Assembly: GCA_963796165.1 (NCBI GenBank) | Contig: CAWCKP010000008.1 | Location: 144,463-208,462, forward strand | Length of the DNA stretch: 64,000 bases | From: an uncultured Acidobacteriota bacterium | Lineage (GTDB): Bacteria; Acidobacteriota; Terriglobia; Acidiferrales; UBA7541 | Reading direction: 5' to 3' | Made by a program: the position numbers and the translations under genes | Shown: positions 62,801 through 64,000 of the stretch, piece after piece | How the letters are laid out: every line of letters starts with the position of its first letter | Position numbering within the stretch: position 1 is the stretch's first letter | The notes under the pieces: model-generated | What the model saw: the letters and a program-made list of their open reading frames with translations, nothing else | What the model was told of the DNA's origin: nothing | Databases searched by the model: none

Positions 62801-64000
62801 ACGTTAATCGAAGTGACGCCGGTGGCGAGCACGGCGGTGCCGGTTGCGGTGGTTCCGCCGTTACCCGGTGCCGCTACGCTTACCGTGGGGGTGGTCGTGT
62901 AGCCCGATCCGCCTGCGGTTACGGTGTAAGAAGTGACGCCATTGGTGACGTTGGCCGTGCCGGTGGCGACAGTGCCGCCCTGGCCGGTGGGGTTGCTAAA
63001 CGTGACCGTGGGCGCCGAAGCATACCCGCTGCCCTGCGCGCTGACGTTTACGTTCGCTACACCTGCATTCAGAATGGAAGTAGCGGTGGCGCCAGTCCCG
63101 TTGCCACCGCTAATCGTTACCGTCGGCGCGGTAGTGTATCCGCTGCCGCCGTTGGTTAGGGTGATGCTCGAGACCGTGTCTGAAACGGTAGCCGATGTGC
63201 CGCGGCATCCGCGGAAAGCGTGGAAGGAGCCACAGCGTGTACCGCGTCGCCGTTGCTGGCGCCGTCGCCCGCGTTCCAGCTCAAAATGTGCAAGTAGGTG
63301 GTCGCGCCGCCGCTTTCCAGAAAGGCTACCTTCGTGCCATCCTCAGAGAGCACCGGAGAAGTGGTGATCTTCCCGCCCGAGGCAGTGGTCGTGTTGTACG
63401 ACCAATAGACGATCGGCCCGGTCCCGGGGCATATCCCGTCCGCTACTCCGCCCCCGTTGACGCCGGTGTACAGATTGTCCAGCGCCACCAGGTTCCCTTG
63501 TCCGCCGGTCACGCCCGCCACATCCAGGCCGTAGACCACGAAGTCAGGGAACCCGTATTCGGGCGTCCCGGTGGTTCCGGTGCAGTTCGCAGTGGTCACC
63601 GGGGCATTGATGTCGAAAGTGAATTTCGCCGGGTACATTCCCGGGGCCACGAAGCCAGCGCCCAACGAGAACGACCAGTCGATGTGGGCGGGGTTCGCCG
63701 GCTGCTGCCCGCGATCCTCACCGAGGAAGCCCCCGGCGAGCCGCACGTCCCTGCCGATCCCATTCGAGGAAGGACCGCCGACGCCCACCGAGGCCGCCGC
63801 ACGGGTGTTGCTATGCAGCTTCCTCGAGTAGATATAGCGCTTGTCGTTGGGCTTGGCCGCCTCTTCGTCGGGAGTGCGGTCCTTCGAGTAGATCATGTGG
63901 GTGTAGCTCCAATCCACTGGCAGAGACACCCGAGTGTGCCCAGCATCGGGGGTAGTCTGCGCGATAGCCGCCCCAGAGCCTATCAGGGCCGCAACAGCGA
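59890..64000 (-). CDS. giant secreted beta-strand-repeat / beta-propeller-like protein (paralog P2). The 5' end lies beyond the window and there is one frame change near 63200
   Basis: ORF 63156..63929 (open to the window end, reading ...AVAALIGSGAAIAQT signal-peptide-like) is homologous to the P1 N-terminus. ORF 59890..62832 and its open upstream extension to about 63240 hold about 20 GGSGYTSAPTVT-type repeats. The C-terminal ~400 aa are homologous to P1. Confidence 0.75.

Noticed and set aside
61000-63200. Periodic DNA in the P2 repeat region, checked for CRISPR-like structure.
   Set aside because: The periodicity is about 90 nt, coding and in frame. The units are diverged, with no identical direct repeats alternating with unique spacers. 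It is not a CRISPR array.

Overview
High-GC bacterial chromosomal segment. The gene content suggests an Acidobacteriota-like soil bacterium: TPR Ser/Thr kinases, GH5/GH27, PQQ-type dehydrogenases, very large secreted beta-propeller proteins. That assignment is inference only. No rRNA or CRISPR array was found; there is one tRNA, tRNA-Ser(CGA). Layout: (1) 1-8.2 kb, redox and regulator genes (SDRs, LysR, MarR-YceI, GMC oxidoreductase) with several decayed genes. (2) 8.2-16.7 kb, a putative 8.4-kb genomic island bounded by a 21-nt direct repeat of the tRNA-Ser 3' end. It carries an APH-like kinase/enolase paralog/2-hydroxyacid dehydrogenase module, an IS3-family element with a 4-bp TSD inserted in an ArdC-like pseudogene, an excisionase-like HTH gene with a perfect palindromic operator, and small hypothetical genes. 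(3) 16.8-20.8 kb, a frameshifted GH5 gene and an ABC-2 exporter. (4) 21.2-31.4 kb, four tandem paralogous Ser/Thr kinase-TPR genes. Each has its own conserved promoter placing the start codon 9-10 nt after the -10 box. The paralogs are mosaic, K3 and K4 share a near-identical block, and the spacers hold an IS110 remnant, a hexanucleotide microsatellite and a duplicated two-hairpin element. (5) 31.7-41.3 kb, housekeeping and miscellaneous genes (usp, PQQ-DH-cytochrome c, PEBP, tadA, orphan nuoI, galT-like, DUF218, amidohydrolase, bactofilin + methyltransferase). (6) 41.4-44.8 kb, a degenerate group II intron sitting immediately after an intrinsic terminator (class-C-like behaviour) and itself interrupted by an IS256-family element with an 8-bp TSD. 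(7) 45-52.8 kb, secreted hydrolases and oxidoreductases. (8) 52.9-64 kb, the most interesting region. A four-gene operon (soluble S24/S26-fold peptidase, HprK-like P-loop kinase, PqqD/RRE protein, radical SAM/SPASM enzyme) has no recognisable precursor peptide. It lies directly downstream of two paralogous giant secreted beta-propeller proteins, one carrying about 20 copies of a roughly 30-aa GGSGYTSAPTVT repeat, that share a Cys-containing extreme C-terminus. Many genes carry frameshifts or in-frame stops, so either the assembly has indel errors or there is real gene decay.
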